From: Lepidodermella squamata
Lineage: Eukaryota > Animalia > Gastrotricha
Reading direction: 5' to 3'
Assembly (NCBI GenBank): GCA_047495785.1
Contig: JBLDXI010000002.1
Coordinates: forward strand, 1 to 64,000
DNA: 64,000 bases
In this document: piece by piece, positions 60,861 through 64,000 of the stretch
Position numbering within the stretch: the stretch's first letter is position 1
Layout of the letters: each line of letters opens with the position of its first letter
Program-made: the position numbers and the translations under genes
The notes under the pieces: model-generated
Databases searched by the model: none
What the model was told of the DNA's origin: nothing
What the model saw: only the letters and a program-made list of their open reading frames with translations

Positions 60861-63225
60861 ATGAAACAATTGTGGCGAATTGTATGTTACCTGATTTATT
60901 TCACGGTTCTCATATCACCAGCGGATAACTACAACACGACTTTCAAGATGGAAGAATTGCAGGAGAAATTTTTCGAATTATGTCCTATAGCCAGGTCGAA
61001 TAACCTGCCATCAGCTAATCATCTCCAAACCGATAACTATTCATTGCCTATCCAGGGGTACCTGGCATCCAGGATATTACAGATAATTGAAGTCAGCGAT
61101 TCGTCCATGAGGTAAATCTTGTTGGATATTTGTCTTTTTCCTATAACATGTTGTAAAAGCATGACGGTTACCATGGTTTTTCGAATGATGTGGGATATCC
61201 CATGCGGTCGCGATATCAGAGCTGAGCTCATTCCTGGCTACAGCAAGCTTCCACCAATGCAGATTGAACGATTTCAATTCGAGATTCCGGCCAACTCCGT
61301 TTGGTGGCCAGATATGCAGCATATCAACGCCATTGGGGAGTCGAGACCACTGAGAAAGTAAACAATTTTTCTTCCCTCAATTTAGGACCCTAAAAGGTGA
61401 GCATAAAATACGAATTGCGTGCGCCAGCAGGTTCCAGCATTTCAAGAAATTTAGGACCACTCGCAATGATGCTACTTGCGTATCTAGGCCAAAGCCAAAG
61501 CCTAACCTTAACTCTACCCAATAACCCTAAAACTTATCTCATACGCTAACCCTAACCTTAACCCTGAACCTAACCCTAGGCTTAGATACGCATGTGAGAG
61601 ATATACCCATACCTTCGAAGCTTTGGCTGGTTTCATAGCAAAGTAAAATTCAGACAATTTTCGTCCACAACTTAGCTTTTCCAAGTACAGTAAAACCTGT
61701 TATCTCGAACTCTGTGAAGGTCGAAAATCTGTCATGTCGAACACTTTTCGTAGAACCGTCTATAGTTCACATAAGCTAAATTTCTCTCTCTATGTCGAAA
61801 CTCTCTGTATGTCGAATGCATTTTTCGGAACCGTAGCCCTTCGAGATAACAGGTTTTACTGTATTGTTTTTTCTAGAGCGAGCATTATCTACTTTTTCCT
61901 TCAGACATTTTTCTCAATTGAAATTTAAAGGCTCACCACCACAGCGTAACAGAAATAACCAAAGTGCAACACAAAATTTAATATTTTGCAGCGCACATTT
62001 TTGCAACACACGACCTTGTTTTGGCGTTAGTGAAACAAGTAAAATTCAGGCATACCAATAGATGTTATCGGGGGCGCGGAATACGACCGTGGTAATTGTT
62101 TGAATGTCAGGGACGTTGGTACCGGGTAAACCGGGTAAAAACCGGGTAAAAATTGAAAATCGTCCCTTTCGGTTTTCATATTCGGATTGAGCGTAAAAAA
62201 CTGCCCCCATCCTATATCTTCTTGTTATATCGAACTTACAAGTTACAAAAATAAGTTATGTGTTGCAATTTTATCCTGCTGCAAATTGGTGTTTTGTGTT
62301 GCGCTGTGGTTTTAAGTGAAATTTAAATTGACCGCTAAATTTACTGAAACTAGCCATTTGACAACATCGCGCGAGCTGCAGAATTTCTGGAAATGGACGT
62401 TAAAACGAGTTGCCAACTTTTGCTAACTTTGCTCACAAGGGGCCTGTAATTGAGCTTTAGTTTCGTAATTGTTGCCGAAATTCCTTAATGTTTTCAAGCG
62501 AGAACTTCGTCAAAGTAAGACCTCTCCGATATCCGGGGCCAAAGTTTATGATTTACTGCGTCCGCCCGTTCACTTCAATGTGTTTCGGCTTCAAGTACAC
62601 GAAATTTCCATTCGATACCGCGTCGTGCAGTTTCGAGTTCGAAAGCGAAAATCTCGCCGAAGAACTTGCAATGGATGTCGAATCAGCTGATATAACAGAT
62701 GGCTACTTGTCTCTGCGAAGCGACGATATTTGGTCGTTTGTAAGCTACAATGGAACACTGTTTACAGCGACTGGATATCCTCATGTAACTCTTACGCTCA
62801 AACTGAAGCGAAAGTATTACTATTATGTTGGAAATGTATTTGTGCCCACGATAACATTGTACATACTTCAAATATCTGGCTTGGTTATGGATCCTCGCCA
62901 TCCAGACAGACCGACTTTCTGCGTGACCGTGAATTTAGCCCTGGCAGTGCTCTTGAGTCTGATCTTCTCACTGATACCCAGGACTTCTGAGGAGGTCTAT
63001 CTCATCAATATTGTCACGATTTTTATGGTGGTTTGCGCCCTCATCACCGTGTATACTCTGCTTGCTTGCTGCCTGAGCAAGATGTCTATCGGAAAGCGGG
63101 TGTATTTCGAAAAGGTGAGAGGTGGTGTGACATGTGTTCGTTTAGCTGATTTTCTGACTGCGAGTGTGTCTCTTTTTATCGGTATTGGGGTTCTGGCGTA
63201 TTATCTTCAAAAAATGCTTGAGTAA
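60861..63225 (+). CDS. Divergent Cys-loop ligand-gated ion channel subunit (LGIC4; exons 60861-61111, 61160-61357, 62499-63225)
   Basis: Signal peptide, IIEVSDSSMSMTV..W..PC, VWWPD, loop CFGFKYTKFPFDTASC, LKRK before M1, PDRP, IPRTS, four TMs. Confidence 0.82.
61477..61592. mobile_element. Short IR element with (CCTAAC)-like core in LGIC4 intron 2
   Basis: tgcgtatctaggcc / ggcttagatacgca inverted pair enclosing ctaaccct repeats. Confidence 0.55.
61688..61861. mobile_element. Tc1/mariner-pogo type MITE (174 bp)
   Basis: TA TSD and perfect 22-bp TIR CAGTAAAACCTGTTATCTCGAA. Confidence 0.9.
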
Positions 63226-64000
63226 ACATAAGTAGTTGAAATTCTGGGCGCACGCCTATTGGTCAATCGATCGTTGCTGTGATTCCCGGATGAAACTTGC
63301 ATGGATCATGGATCGGTCAGCAATAATCGGCTCATGTATTGATGACACTTAGGCCGCCTCATGTGTGTGATGAAATGTGATCCAAGTGCAAAATGTCGAA
63401 AGGCGAATTGCGCAAATGAAATATGAGTATGAGAAGAAGTTGAATCATAAACAAGTTTTTTGTCGATTTTGTCGGTTTTTTGTCGGGTAACAATTTCATC
63501 TGTGTTGGAGATAAAGAAATGCACCCTATATGAAGTCTCCCGCGTCTTGCTGGCTCATTTGGGTTTCTACAGTGCTCCCTCGATAAAAGCACTGGGTCGG
63601 GAGCCAGACCCGGTCTTTAAACAAGGGAAAGCTATAACGAGGGCTGTAATTGAATGCAGGAGCTAAAAATAGACCGTTTCTACGCCTTAAGACAGTTGCC
63701 ATGCCAACGCGCAGAAAGAGACGGACACGGATTACGTGTCATTACAAATTTCGCTCGCTAAAGGCTGTTAAACAATGACACTATGAATCATTAGTTCTTC
63801 GCCAAGTTTTTATTCTTATTTGCCAGGGCGGCTTTGATTTAACTGGTTGGCCTTGTTTTTTTACTCTAATTTTAAGTCCTGCCTGGGGTTAACGAATAAA
63901 AAAAACCTGGAATCTCTTTATTTCAATTTACTTCAAAAATGCCAAGCTCGTCCGATTTCGCAAACAAATTTCATTTGAAATCACAGCTCATTTGACAAAA

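Overview
AT-rich genomic DNA from an invertebrate animal (inferred from short ~50-nt spliceosomal introns, Cys-loop channels, C-type lectin and sushi domains; species not assignable). All gene models and coordinates were worked out by hand. The window is a tandem-duplication cluster. (1) An SGNH-fold family with a non-canonical GGS-I nucleophile block, an N-terminal signal anchor and a ~230-aa Cys-rich C-terminal domain ending Y(H/E/Q)C(C): 9 apparently intact minus-strand genes plus 6 pseudogenes or remnants. (2) Three IAH1-like GDSL esterases plus one fragment on the plus strand, each full copy carrying an N-terminal transmembrane exon. (3) Compact orphan Cys-loop ion channel subunits: 3 intact, 1 deleted, 1 remnant. 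Four of these sit tail-to-tail with a 2-exon SGNH gene as a repeatedly duplicated two-gene cassette. Also present are a secreted chitin-binding-like/CXC-repeat + C-type lectin gene and a signal peptide-sushi-ankyrin gene. A 4.26-kb hAT transposon has its transposase split by a second nested hAT element, and both have perfect 8-bp TSDs. Many hAT, pogo/mariner, MULE-like and Tourist-like MITEs are scattered through the window. The best candidate for an undescribed system is this cluster of membrane-anchored acyl-ester enzymes co-duplicated with orphan receptors; its function is inference only.
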